From NCBI RefSeq assembly GCF_006345805.1, contig NC_043016.1, forward strand, positions 32,054,001 through 32,118,000: DNA of 64,000 nucleotides. Direction: 5' to 3'. The number at the start of each line of letters is the position of its first letter. Position 1 is the stretch's first letter. The notes below the pieces were generated by a model. The model had not been told where the DNA came from, did no database searches, and saw nothing but the letters and a program-made list of their open reading frames with translations. Below are positions 12,965 through 26,529 of the stretch, in pieces. This DNA comes from Octopus sinensis (lineage: Eukaryota). Both the position numbers and the translations under genes were made by a program.

Positions 12965-13235
12965 ATTTCCTCAAATTTCAAGAATCTATTTTAGGATTCT
13001 TGCAGAATATAAGAAGGTACTTTTTGCAGGTCAACAATGCAAGTCTCAATTCCAATCACTTTCAGTCAACTTAGTTAGCATTTTAGGTGTTGTACCAAGT
13101 GCACCGATTGCTACGGGAATAATTCTTGCCATAGTCTTCCACAGCTCACCATCATCATCATTATCATCTCATTAAGTAATCTGCAAATCAAGTTTGGAAA
13201 CAACCACTTTTGATTTCCAGTTCAACCACTTTAAT
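12965..13235 (-). mobile_element. R4/Dong-like (restriction-like endonuclease) LINE 3' fragment
   Basis: Minus-strand peptide ELWKTMARIIPVAIGALGTTPK...LKVIGIETCIVDLQK...ILEI* matches the C-terminus of RLE-type LINEs. Confidence 0.65.
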
Positions 13236-13239
13236 TTCA

Positions 13240-13515
13240 ATTCTATATTCAAGAGATGAGGAATTATGTACGTTATTTACATTTGACAGATATTTGTCCT
13301 CATTTTGTTTGTTGTCAACACGTTTTGGCTGATATACCCTCAAGCCTTCTTCAGGTGTCTTGGGGAAATTTCGAACCTGGGTTCTCATTCCTAAGGTATT
13401 TTTCAATGTTATTATTATTATTGTTGTTGTTGTTGTTGTTGTTCAGGTCACTGCTTGGAATTGAACTCAGAATCTTGGGTTTAGTAGCCCATGCTCTTAA
13501 CCATTATGCCATACA
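13240..13515 (-). mobile_element. Family H element, single copy
   Basis: Reverse complement shows tRNA-like head, (AAC/AAT)n, CTGAAGA core and cctcatctcttgaatatagaa tail. Confidence 0.78.
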
Positions 13516-14536
13516 TACATAAGCACACACCCTCAGATATATGTGAAAGAAAGAAACATGGGATGTTGTGACAATCAAGACTTTCTCAAAGGTAGAAAAA
13601 TTGGTCTTACAGTTACTTACTGAAGCAATTTCAAACAGAAACTGAAAATTGATTCCATCTCAGTTTCGCTGAAGTTTGCAGAACGTGCTTGCCTTTCACA
13701 ATCTTCCATACATTCAATGCCAAAATATCACAAATACACTTCTTACATATATATTGTACAATCTGACATTTTCAGAGAGAGAGAGAGAGAAGGGTAGAAA
13801 AAAACCCTTTTTTTGCCAACTGATTCAACAGCCCCCTAAATTTCTAATCCTTGTTTACTCTAGCAGCAAACATATCAATTTCATAATTATACATAATAAT
13901 TTCACACCTAACTACAATTATTCACCTCACTATCATAGAAGGACTTGTTTGTATTACACATTCTGTTACCGTTTACCATGAAACGTGATAAGATTTCCAT
14001 TCTCCAGAATGAGAAATTACTAGAAGCGGAACAATGCATTTGTTGCGAAAGACCTGACAGAACACTTAATTATCTGCTTTAAACCTGAACATATCAGCTG
14101 CCATTGACCTCCGGTTTCTTTTGAAGATTTGAAATAGAAACCTTGAGTTGAAGAAGCAACTGTGAATGTAAATACTGGAGGTCATACTTGAACGGCCATG
14201 CTATGTTTAATGAAATGATGCGTGTCGAAAGGGAGAGAGCTAGCAAGCAGCAGGAGCTGGGAGGTAGGAAACAAGCTGAGTAATAAATGGCTGGAATGAG
14301 GTAGATTTGATCTTAAGATGTCAGGATATCCAGAATAATTGCTGATTGGAGATATGTTAGGTATTGGTGTAAGGGTCCATCTTAGATGTATCTTGTTAAG
14401 AAAAATGTTGATGATGATGATGATGATGACGATGACTGCGTGTGTGAGTGTGTGTGCATGTATGTGTAATAAGAACAAAAAGTGAGAAGATGGAGAAAGA
14501 CTAAACACAGTTAAAGGAGACTAACAGAACTGGAAG

Positions 14537-14568
<32 letters not shown>

Positions 14569-15147
14569 AAGAAAGAAAGAAAGAGAAAAAACAGAGTCAC
14601 TGGTCATACAAAACAACTGGTGAAATGTAAACAACAAAGAAATCAAACTCATTTCCCACAGCATTCCATATATATTCTTTTATTTGTTTCAGTCATTTGA
14701 CTGCAGTCATGCTGGATCACCACCTTTGGTCAAGCAAAATGGCCCCATAACTTATTCTTTGTAGGCCTAGTATTTATTCTATAGGTCTCTCTTGCCGAAC
14801 TGCTAATTGATGGGGATGCAAACACACCAGCATCAGTTGTCAAGTGATGTTGGGGAGACAAACACAGACACACAAACATATACACACACACACACACACA
14901 TATATATATACGACAGGCTTCTTTCAGTTTCCGTCTACCAAAGCTTTGGTCAGCCTGAGGCTATAATAGAAGACACTTGCCCAAGGCTCCACGCAGTGGG
15001 ACTGAACCTGGAACTATGTGGTTGGTAAGGAAGCTACTTACCACTCAGCTACTCCTGCGATATTAATTTTTATTAATTATAATTTCAAGGTTGTCTTCCC
15101 CTGTCTCTTCTGACCTGTTGTTATCATTTACCTAACATATAATATAT

Positions 15148-15533
15148 AGGAGCACTCCGTCGGTTACGACGATGAGGGTCCCAGCTGATACGATCAACGG
15201 AACAGCTTGATCGTGGAATTAACGTGCAAGTGGCTGAGCACTCCAGAGTGTACTACACAGTGTACCCTTAGAATAGTTATCTCAGAGGTGAATCAGGACA
15301 CGTGTGTGACAGGCTGGCCCTTTGAAATACAGGTACACAGAACAGGAAGAAAGAGTGAAAGAAAGTTGTGGTGAAAGAGTACAGCAGGGTTCACCACCAC
15401 CCCCTGCAGGAGCCTCGTGAAGCTTTAGGTGTTTTCGCTCAATAAACATTCACAATGCCCGGTCTGGGAATCGAAACCGCGATCCTACGACCACGAGTCC
15501 GCTGCCCTAACCACTGGGCCATTGCACCTCCAC
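15148..15533 (-). mobile_element. SINE family C, full length
   Basis: Reverse complement of the 59020-59404 copy; catttacctaaca occurs on both flanks. Confidence 0.85.
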
Positions 15534-17805
15534 CATTTACCTAACAATTGTCCTCATCAACAAAGATATAATAATGTTAATCAAATGAAATTAAAATGTC
15601 TTAGATTATTACTTCAAATATGTTAGTGTACACAGGTGTTTGAAAGTATATGTGACATGTAATGGCTGTTTGAATTAATGATAAACTTCATTTTCTTTTC
15701 TTTTATACTTTGTGTTTTTAGGTAGAAACAGTCAGTATCAGTGTTGAGATGGGAATTTTTGGTAGTGGTTAAAAGTTTTTGGGTTTTTAGCATCAGTTGT
15801 CTGGATCTCCTCTAGTGCCCAGTCAAATAGTCCAGGTGTTTGTATGAGTACTAGCACAGCAGGTGTATTGTAAGCTGATTTATTCATTTACAAAGAACTT
15901 TGAGGACTATATTTTTTAACCAGGTGTTAAATTCCTTGGCACATGGCTCAGTGGTTATAGCATCAGGATTTCAATCATGAGGTAGTGAGTTCAATTCCCA
16001 GCCTGGGCTGTGTTGTGTTCTTGAGCAAGACACTTTATTTCACATTGCTCCAGTTACTCAGCTGTAGAAAGGAGTTGTGACGTCATTGGTACCAAACTGT
16101 ATCAGCCTTTGCTTTCCCCATTGGTGGTATGGAGAGGGCAGGCTGGTATGTATGGACAGCTGCTGGTCTTCCTCAAACAACCTTCCCCAAACTTGTACCT
16201 CAGAAGTGAGCCTTTTTGGTCTAATCCCATGGTCATTCATGACCAAAAAGGGCCTTTACTCTTTACATTCCCTGGTCACATGTTCCTTGTTACAAGTTAC
16301 ATTGGTGGATATGCCAGTGCTGCCTCACTGGCTCCTGTGCCAGTGGCACATAAAAGGCACCATTCGAGCATGGCCACCTGACTGCCCCTGTGCCAGTGAC
16401 ACATAAAAAGCACCCACTACACCGTTGGAGAGGTTGGCATTAGGAAGGGCATCCAGCCAAATCAGATTTGAGACTGGTGCAGCCTTCTGGCTTGCCAGTC
16501 CTCAGTCAAACCGTCCAACCCATGCCAGCATGGAAAGCAAACGTTAAATGATAATAATGATGATGATGTTGATATCGATGTAACAGGCATTACTGGGTAT
16601 TTTTTCTCAGATATTCCTTTAGCCCTTTCTCATTCACATTCACCCTGTTCAATGTCATGCTTACATATTCAAAACCCTCATCATCATCATTTAGTGTTTA
16701 TTTTTCCATGCTGGCATGGGTTAGACAGTTTGACTGGAAGTGGTAAGTTGGAGAGCTGCACCAGGCTCCAATCTGTTTTGGCCTGGTTTCTACGACTGGA
16801 TATCCTTCCTAACACCAACCACTGACCCACAAAGCTTTTGGAGCTGTACTTAACAACAAAATGACTTGATCTGAAACCATGTAGTGAAAGTAGCCGGTTT
16901 GACTGGAGCTGGTAAACCAGAGAGCTGTACCAGGCTCCAGTATTTTTGGACTTGGTTTCTACAGCTGGATGCCCTTCCTTATGCCAACTGTTCCATAGAG
17001 TGTATTGGATGTCTTTTACATGTCACTGGCACAGGTGCCATTTATGTGTCACAGGTGCTATTTGCCTGACACTGGCATAGGTGCCTCTTATGTGTCACCA
17101 GCATGACTGTCTTTTATGTGTCACCAGCATGGGTGTCTCACATGTGTCACAAGCACAGGTGCTGCGCATTATCTCATAGCTTTGAGATTTCAACGATGTG
17201 ATTGTTTACTTATAGAATGACACAGGAGGGTAGGTGTGAGAGGCCAGATATGGCTGGTCTAAATGCTAAAGAATTAAGTATTCAAATGATCATGTGACAA
17301 TTGAAGAAAACACAATATTAAGCAATCAAATCACTTTCGTAATCACACCCAACTTATTGTCTTTTAAAAACAAAATAACACAAACTATGTAGCCATAGAT
17401 ACTTTTTACTCTTTTACTCGTTTCAGTCATTTGACTGCGGCCATGCTGGAGCACTGCCTTTAGTCAAGCAAATCAACCCCAGGACTTATTCTTTGCAAGC
17501 CTAGTACTTATTCTATTGGTCTCTCTTGCCGAACTGCTAAGTTACGGGGATGTAAACTCACCAGCACCGGTTGTCAAGCGATGTTGGGTAGGGGGACAAA
17601 CACAAACACACACGCACACACACATATATATATATATATATACATATATACGACAGGCCTCTTTCAGTTTCCATCTACCAAATCCACTCACAAGGCTTTT
17701 GTCAGCCCGAGGCTATAGTAGAAGACACTTGCCCAAGGTGCCATGCAGTGGGACTGAACCCGGAACCATGTGGTTGGTAAGCAAGCTACTTACCACACAG
17801 CCACT

Positions 17806-17852
<47 letters not shown>

Positions 17853-19144
17853 GTGGATGCAGCTGGAGAATCAGGGCTGACCTGAGGCTAAACAGTATCA
17901 ATAAAGAAACTCTTGTAGGCAAATAGTATTATAACTTAATCTTAACTAGTCACTAAATAATTATCAGTATAAGCTAGAATTGTATTATATTTGGTAAGAT
18001 GTTTGCTTCCCAACCACATGGTTCTGAGTTCAGTTCCACTGCATGGAACCTTGGGCTGGTGTCTTCTATTATAGTCCTGAGCTGATCAAAACCTTGTGAG
18101 TGAATTTAGTAGATGGAAACTGAAACAAGCCTGTTGTATGTGTGTGTGTGTGTGTGTGTATGTGTATGCACATGTGGGCACCCATGTGTATGTGAGTGAG
18201 TGTGTGTGTATGTACTTATGTATGTATATTTGTGTATGGGCGAGTGTGTCTGAGTCTCCTTGTTTTCACATCGTGTGGTAGCTGTAAATGAGTGTCAATG
18301 TCATAAAGGCAGTGTCATTCATTTCCAATATTCCGGGAGAATGTGTCTCAGGGTCATGCCGAAATAGTAATTACTTGGAAACAGGTGAGGGCAGGTGACA
18401 GAAAGGGCATCCAACAGTAGAAAACCTGTCTCAACAAGTTCCAGCTGACTGATGCAGGCATGGGAAAATGGATGCTAAAACAATGATGATGATGATGATT
18501 ATGATGATGAATATAATGATGATGATTATGATGATGAATATAATGATGATGATGATGATGATTATGATGAATTATGAAGTGAATAATTGTATAACACAAC
18601 TTCTACATGTTCTAATTTTAAAGATTTTAATTCACAGAAGATAAATACACAAATACTTGAAATTGGTAGGCAACAAGCCAAACTTAAAATACACACCCCA
18701 AAATGGAAAAAAAACCATGACTAGTTGGTTGAATGCTTCAGATCTGAAAGAGGCTTTATTTTCTCTCTTTTCCCTTTATTGGATTGGTTTTGTCAAGAAT
18801 CTATGTCCATTGCCTTCCCGAGCTCACCAAGAGTGTTCACATCAATACTATTGGTATTTTAACTTGAGCTTCTGTAAACCTATGACTGTAGAGAAACTGT
18901 AACAAGGAAAGAAACTGAAGAATACGACAGTTCCAATGTTATGTCATGTGACCACATCTTAGACAGTAAATGTATATCCTCCCTATCCCGTCTGTGATAA
19001 CTGAGCAGCAGAAACTATCTCTCCTAGGTGTATATAACTTCTTAACCTATCCAAAACTTACAGACCCTTAACCAGCCATATCCAGCCCAAATATTCTGCC
19101 TGTTTTATGATCCGACTGACCAGATCTAACTTCTCACACCTGCC

Positions 19145-19752
19145 TTAACCTTTTCATTACTGTATTTATTTTGAGATTCTCTGTTTTCTTTCAAATAATT
19201 TTAAATATAACAAAGAATTTAGTAAAATAACTTAGTTATCATTCAGCTAGTGTTAGGAACATAAATTGTGACTAAGGTTCGGGGAAAGATTTTAATTAAA
19301 AACTTATGAAAACAATACATTTGTACTACAGAGCCAGAGCCAGTTTCAGCCAGGTTGGTAATGAAAGGGTTAACCTAGTGTTAGGAACATAAATTGCGAC
19401 TAAGGTTTGGTGGAAGATTTTAATTCAAAACTTATGAAAACAATACATTTGTACTACAGAGCCAGAGCCGGTTTCAGCCAGGTTGGTAACGAAAGGGTTA
19501 ACCTAGTGTTAGGAACAGAAATTGTGACTAAGGTTTGGTGAAAGATTTTAATTAAAAACTTATGAAAACAATACATTTGTACTACAGAGCCAGAGCCGGT
19601 TTCAGCCGGGTTGGTAACGAAAGGGTTAAGCTAGTGTTAGGAACATAAATTGTGACTAAGGTTTGGTGGAAGATTTTAATTCTTTAGAAAGCAAGACATT
19701 TGTACTACAGAACCAGAGCCAGTTTCAGTCGGTTTAGTAACAAAAGGGTTAA
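19145..19752 (+). mobile_element. piggyBac-like MITE-1 (TTAA TSD, CCCTTT TIR) with its right ~128 bp present four times in tandem
   Basis: Units ending gaaagggttaa at ~19373, 19501, 19629 and 19752. A single-unit inverse copy lies at 29653-29890. Confidence 0.8.
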
Positions 19753-21524
19753 ATATAATTGCATCATCAAAATGTCAAAGCTACAAGATAATGCATGATT
19801 AATTCAAAATAACATGAATAAAAAAGCTTTACAGTTGACAGATAACCTGAATACTAATGATTTAAATACCTTAATGGTTTACACGCATCTATGATAGAAG
19901 GACCATAACCTACAAATTACCTGTCACTATTAACGGAGTGGTGTTCACCCAACTTTGTAACTCACACAGGTAAACTATGAGGAAGGCCAAGGATATGTTC
20001 AGAAAATGTAGTGGCAGCTCTCACTTCTTCACTGCTATTTTCTGTTCTCTTTGTCAAGAATATCAGGCTGAACCAACTGGCAGGAGACCTAGTGGGTAAA
20101 CCAAGAACACAGTGGGGTTAGATAATACCCATGGTCTCAGTTGGTCATGCTTGGGAATTTAGCAGGAAAGTGTAACAACACTTTTTTCTGAAAGGGTTTT
20201 ATGGAGGAGAAGCCTAAGGACTCTACCTCCACGACTTTCTCGGTTGACAACTGGAGTTAGTTTGTTTACATCCTCACACCTTGGCAGTTTGGTAAATGAG
20301 ACAGACTGAATGAGTACCAGACTTAAAATGATTACTGGGGGTCAATTTACTTGATTAAATTCTTTAAGGCAGTGCTCCAGCATAGCCACAACTCAATGAG
20401 TGAAAGAAGATAAAAGAAATCAGAAAGTACCATTCACACATTAGTGACAGTGTAACAAAGGACAGGGATGGATGGATGGACAGACAGATGGCTATCTTTG
20501 CTAATGTTGTGAAATCTTCCTTCATACACATCATGAATACTTGCTATAATGACACTTCATTCGCTTCCCATTCAGGTGTTGTTTCACACATGAAACAACA
20601 AGAGCCTTTTTATAAATAGATATAGGAGCCAAATCTTCCTTAAATCATGACTCAGTGTCTTAAAATGAGGAAGGGCACATTGAACAATGTAGTCTTAGAT
20701 ATATTATAGTTAACTGTGGGACAACATATAGATTAAGTCAATTATATTGACCCCAGTGCGTAACTGGTACTTATTTAATTGACCCCGAAAGGATGAAAGG
20801 CAAAGTCGACCTTGGCGGAATTTGAACTCAGAACATAGTGGCGGACGAAATACCACTAAGTATTTCACCCAGTGTGCTAATGATTCTGCCATCTTGCCGC
20901 CTTCCATACAGCAGTATTATGGGATGCTAGATGGATGGATTGGTTAAACAACTGGCAGTTTGGTTTGGTCCAGTAACCTAAGTGAGAAGAACTGAAACGA
21001 GGTGATAAGCAAGGTGGCCAGCCTCACCTGGGAATGAGCTGAGAGAAAGCTGTCCCTAATGATAGAGAAATAGCAAAGAGAAACTTCAGCCAGAGTAACC
21101 AAAAATATTGGTGCCATAGGCAAGTGTCTTCTACTATAGCTTTAAGCACCAACCAAAGCCTTGTGTATAGATTTGGTAAACAGAAACTGAATGAAGCCCA
21201 TTGTGTGTGTGTGGGTGTGTGTGTGAGTGTATGTACACATGTGTATGCGTGTGTTTGTGTTTGTCCCCCATCACCACTTGGCAACAGGTTTGGTATATTT
21301 ATATCCAAGTAACTTAGCAGTTCAACAAAAAGGGTCTAACAGAATAAGTTCCAGGTTTGGAAAAAAAATATATTAAAAGAATAAGTGCTGAGGTCCATTG
21401 GTTCAACTAAAGATTCTTCAAGGTGGTGCCCTAGCATGGCCACAGTCTAATGACTGAAACAAGTTAACATAAAGGATAATCTTCTAATGAGAAAAATAAT
21501 GTGGTATTTTGAGTTTATATGTAA

Positions 21525-21915
21525 CTAGCAGTATCGCTCGGCATTGCTCAGGTTTGTGTTGACCCTTTAGAATTGGAATTTTTGAAAAGTAAAAATTTTG
21601 CATTAAGTAGCTTGTTATTCTCTTTAAGTGAACATTTTTCTGGTTGAAATACACCAAAAAATGGTGACACAGCAGTAAAAAAATCGTAAAAAATAGGAAT
21701 TTTCATAGAAAAAAGCACCTTTTTGATGTAAATAATTTTTGGTGTTAACATGGTCCGATTTGAATTTTTTCTTCTACGGAAGGAAGAGCAAGCCTTCTTC
21801 TATCATACTCTCAATTTTAGTCAACTTGCACCGCAGGGTCTCGGAGGAGATAGTGTTAGTTGAAGGCTACCAAACCTGCCATACACAGACAACTTCAGCT
21901 TTATATATAAAGAGA
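21525..21915 (-). mobile_element. Non-autonomous Helitron, same termini but different interior
   Basis: Minus strand a|tctctttatatataaa ... cctgagcaatgccgagcgatactgCTAG|t. Confidence 0.75.
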
Positions 21916-24041
21916 TTTATCACAATAATTTTAACTGTAGGGTAACCTGCCGTGCTTGAGGAGACCTACTGAGTCAAGTACATCAACATCAAAATAAAAA
22001 TCAAATGGAAATTGAAGTTGTAATACTCATGCCAGTGGCACGTAAAAAGCACCATCCGAACATAGCTGATGCCAGTGCCACCTTGACTGGCTTTGTGCCG
22101 GTGGGACGTAAAAAGCACCCACTACACTCACGGAGTGGTTGGCATTAGGAAGGGCATCCAGCTGTAAAAACACTGCCAGATCAGACTGGAGCCTGGTGCA
22201 GCATCCTGTCTTCTCAGACCCCGGTCGAACCGTCCAACCCATGCTAGCATGGAAAACAGACGTTAAATGATAATGATGATGACTTGTTATACTATATATA
22301 TGCATACTTTTTACGGAATCACTGCCATTTATCATTCAAGCATTCTTCCCTATCATATGCTCATGGTTTTTGAGATATGTTTTTCAATTTTGTTTGCCAC
22401 GTTCATTCCATCCCTCTTTGTACCGCTAATTAGTTCATACTCAGATGACATAAATGTATGCATATTAAAAGAGTAAATATTGTAAAGTTTAATCAAAAGA
22501 TACGATCATTATTTACATTTGAAGGATATTTGTCCTCATCTTGTTTGTTGTTAACGCAATGTTTTGACTGATATACCCTCCAGCCTTCATCAGGTGTCTT
22601 GGGGAAATTTTATTTAATTAACAGAGAATAAATTCCTAGCAAGATTTCTCTCCCTTACAAACAACCTGTCCAACCAATAAGAAACACTGAACATTGACCT
22701 AAAATGATTAAATGAAGAAACAATTTGGATTTCAGGAATGTGTATGTTTATGGAAGAGGGAGAGTACTCTTTGATTGGTTCTGGCAAGCTGTTGTGGCTA
22801 TGTGTAGTGCCCCACTATATATGTTATTTCTCTTGTTTCATATTTTTACTGGAAACAGGGGCTGTGTGGTAAGAAGTTTGCTTCTCAACCATATAGTTCC
22901 AAGTTCAGTCCCACTGCATGGCACCTTGGGTGAATGTGTGTTTTAGCATGGTTCCTACAGCTGGATGCCCTTCCTAATGTCAACTGCTTTACAGAGTGTA
23001 CTGGAAGCTTTTGTATGGCACCAGTATAGGTGCTTTTTACATGACACTGCAAGATTAGGAACGTCCAACTGAAGAATGATGCAGGAGACATGCTTGTGTG
23101 TAGGGATAACTATGATTTTACTTAGCTTGGCATGTCTTCTCAAGTACAACAAACTGTGTGGAGTCTCAGTTACCTGTCATCCCCTCTGTCAGAGGAATGT
23201 TTCTCACCACTTTGCCCCAAGTTTTCTTGGATCTACCTCTTCTACATGGTCTCTCCATAATCCATTGTTCAATCTGAGTATGCAGTAGATCACCAAAACC
23301 CAATTCATGATAATGTTTGCTAAACTATATTAATTGCATTACATCCACATAGAACACTGCAGACCCATATCTGCAAAAATCATTTTCAGTTTAATGCATT
23401 ACCTCTAGCAATTATTCTTTTCTACTCTAGGCACAAGGCCCGAAATTTTGGGGGAGGGGGCCAGTCAATTAGATCGACCCCAGCACACAACTGGTACTTA
23501 ATTTATCAACCCCGAAAGGATGAAAGGCAAAGTCAACCTCACCGGAATTTGAACTCAAAATGTAAAGACAGACGGAATAAATAATCTTTTCTAGTCTAGG
23601 CACAAGGCCCGAAATTTTGGAGGAGGAGGCCAGTCAATTAGATCGACCCCAGTATGCAACTGGTACTTAATTTATTGACCCCGAAAGGATAAAAGGCAAA
23701 GTCGACCTCGGCAGAATTTGAATGCAGAACGTAAAGACAGATGAAATAACTCTGAGCATTTCACCCAACGTGCTAATGTTTCTGCCAGCTCGCCGCCTTA
23801 TCCTCTAGTAAATATTGACAATTCACCAATAAACACTGGCACTTCATCTTCATCATCATCATCATTTAACGTCCATCTTCCATGCATGCAGGAGTCAGCC
23901 AGGTAGAAAATTTACCAAGGTTACCGTGTCTGTTTTGGTAGGGTTTTTATGGCTGGATGCCCTTCTTAACTCCAACCACTCTATAAAGTGGACTCTGCTT
24001 TTTAAAAGAAAGAAATTAAAAATAGAAAGCTGCAACCTTAC

Positions 24042-24102
24042 CTCATCCCCTGTTAGCTCATCCACAATAGTATCATTGGTGGTGGCCACAGATCTTTGGC
24101 TC
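24042..24102 (-). CDS. Next exon of the same minus-strand gene (SQRSVATTNDTIVDELTGDE)
   Basis: tttacag acceptor and GAG|gtaagg donor, 61 nt. Its phase 2 start matches the donor at 28946 and the frame is open. Confidence 0.7.
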
Positions 24103-24188
24103 CTGTAAATGAAGATGCAGTAATTTGTTAGAAAATTAACAGTGAAAGCTTCAAAGAGGTCTAGACAAGAAATTTCTTATAGCAAGCT

Positions 24189-24560
24189 ACAAGGTGCATT
24201 CCAAAAATTTTGAGACACTTTCAGGAGAGAGAGATTTATTATTTTCAAAGAAGTACAAAACTCTAAACTCCTTCATAGAAAGATCTTCTGACTTTAATGT
24301 ACTTGTTGTAGTGCCCCACGATCTTCTTGAAGGCCCCCATGAAAGTCCTCCAGGACTCTTGTCACAGACTCCTCCTTCATCTTCTCACTGTCTTCAAACC
24401 AACTGTCCTTGAAGTTCTCCTTTTCCACTTGGGGAACAACCGAAGTCATAGGGAGCAAGGTATAGACTGTAAGGAAGATCAGAAAAAAAGTTTTGACGCC
24501 TATCTCTGTCATGTAGTTTGGTTACCAGGATGTAACTGTGGATTGGTGCATTGTCTTGGA
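24189..24560 (-). mobile_element. mariner transposase C-terminal fossil
   Basis: DNAPIH, PYSLYLAPYDF (degenerate YSPDLAPxDF) and FEDSEKMKE motifs. Confidence 0.7.
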
Positions 24561-26125
24561 GCATAGGTCAAAAACCTTTAGCAATGAAATTTCAACTAGG
24601 GGCCAATTAAATGATGACAATAAGGATATATAGACATATGCATGTGTGTATGTGTGTGCATTGTGTGTGTGTGTATGTGTATATATATATATATATATAT
24701 ATCTACTCTTTTTTTTCACTTTTTATTTGTTTCAGTCATTTGACTGCAGCCGTACTGGAGCACCGTCTTTAGTCAAACAAATCAACCCCAGGACTTACTC
24801 TTTGTAAGCCTAGTACTTATTCTATTGGTCTCTTTTGCCGAACCACTAAGTTACAGGGACATAAACATGCCAGCATCGGTTGTCAAATGAGGGGGGGGGG
24901 GGCACAAACACAGACACACACATATATACTATGGGCTTCTTTGAGTTCTCCTCTACTAAATCTACTCAAGTCTTTGGTTGGCCTGAGGCTACAGTAGGGG
25001 ATACTTGCCCAAGGTGCTATGCAGTGGGACCGAACCCAGAACCATGTGGTTGGTAAGCAAGCTACTTAACCACACAGCCACTCCTACACCTATATATGTA
25101 TGTATGTATGTACACACACACACATATGTATATCATTATCATCATCATTCAATGTTTGTTTTCCATTTTCCATGCTGGCATGGGTTGGACACCTTGATGG
25201 GAGCTGGCAAGTATGACGACTGCGCCAAGCTCTACTGTCTGCTTTGACATGGTTTCTGCAGCAGGATACCATTCCTAACACCAGACACTTCACAGCATGC
25301 ACCGGGTGCTTTTTGTGTAGCACCAACAACAGTATGGTCACCAAGAAACTTGCAAGTCAAGAACCCCTCGAATGAGTGGGGGGGAGTAGTATTGAGGGAG
25401 GTGGTTTTGTGCCAGGTGATGAGAGAGAGGGTAGAGTATGACAGAGGGACAGAAACAGGTGTCTTGTTGTAGGGGAGATACATGGTTAACTCAGATGGAG
25501 AGAGGAAGAAGAGAGAAAGGGGAGAGAGAGGAGAGAGAAGAGAGAGATAAGGTGAAAATATGACAGGGCATACACCCAAGTTACTGAGGGGTATATATAG
25601 TGAAGTGGACTGGGAATTAGAGTGAGTGGGTGGGTGAGTTCTAGAGACTGCAAAAGGAGACTGGGGGATGGAGAGTTGGGGGAAATGTAGAGAGTAGGCA
25701 GAGGCAGTGGGTGGGTTGTTTTGGAGGATACGTTATGGAAAATAGATTTGACATGGACATGTTTTATGTAGTAGGTTCACATGGGAGAGCAGGAGATGGA
25801 GGGGTGAGGAATACAACGAGTGGTAAACACTGGAGGAGGCAGGGCTTATTGGGAAGATGAGATGTCGTGAAAAGTTTTGCTGGGGACATATTGTGTGCGG
25901 GGGTTGTGGACATAAAGGACCTGCCTTTATTGGCCTTGATTTTACTTAGTTAGACAGGACTTCTCAAGCGCAGTAAATGCCAACTGTTTGGTCTTTTGTC
26001 ATCACTTCAGTGAGGCTCAACATTTAAAAATTTGATACCAATTCTTGTTCATGTATAAAGCTCACATTGTCTTGATAAGTTGCAAATAGTTTTTTTTTTT
26101 TTGTTAACTTAGACAAAGTAAAACT

Positions 26126-26171
<46 letters not shown>

Positions 26172-26479
26172 CTTCATTTCTCTCCTTCCAGTTTTTTTGC
26201 CTGAATAAGGACTCTGTCCGAAATACTGAATTTCCCAAACCTCATGATGATAAGTTCAATGTATTCTTTTTATAGATTTTACTACATACATATAGCCACA
26301 GGTATGGCTGTGTTTTAAGATGCTTGCTTCTCAACCAAATGGTTCCATGTTCAGTCCTACTGTGTGGTAGCTTAGGCAAGTGTCTTCTACTATTGCCTTA
26401 GGCTGACAAAACCTTGTGAGTGGATTTTGTAGATGGAAACCAAAATAAGCTCATCGTGTATGTATCTATATATATATAT

Positions 26480-26529
<50 letters not shown>

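Noticed and set aside
13620-14065. Possible further minus-strand exons (donor-like gtaagt at 13620, acceptor near 14053)
   Set aside because: In-frame stops or no supporting peptide similarity; cannot be supported.
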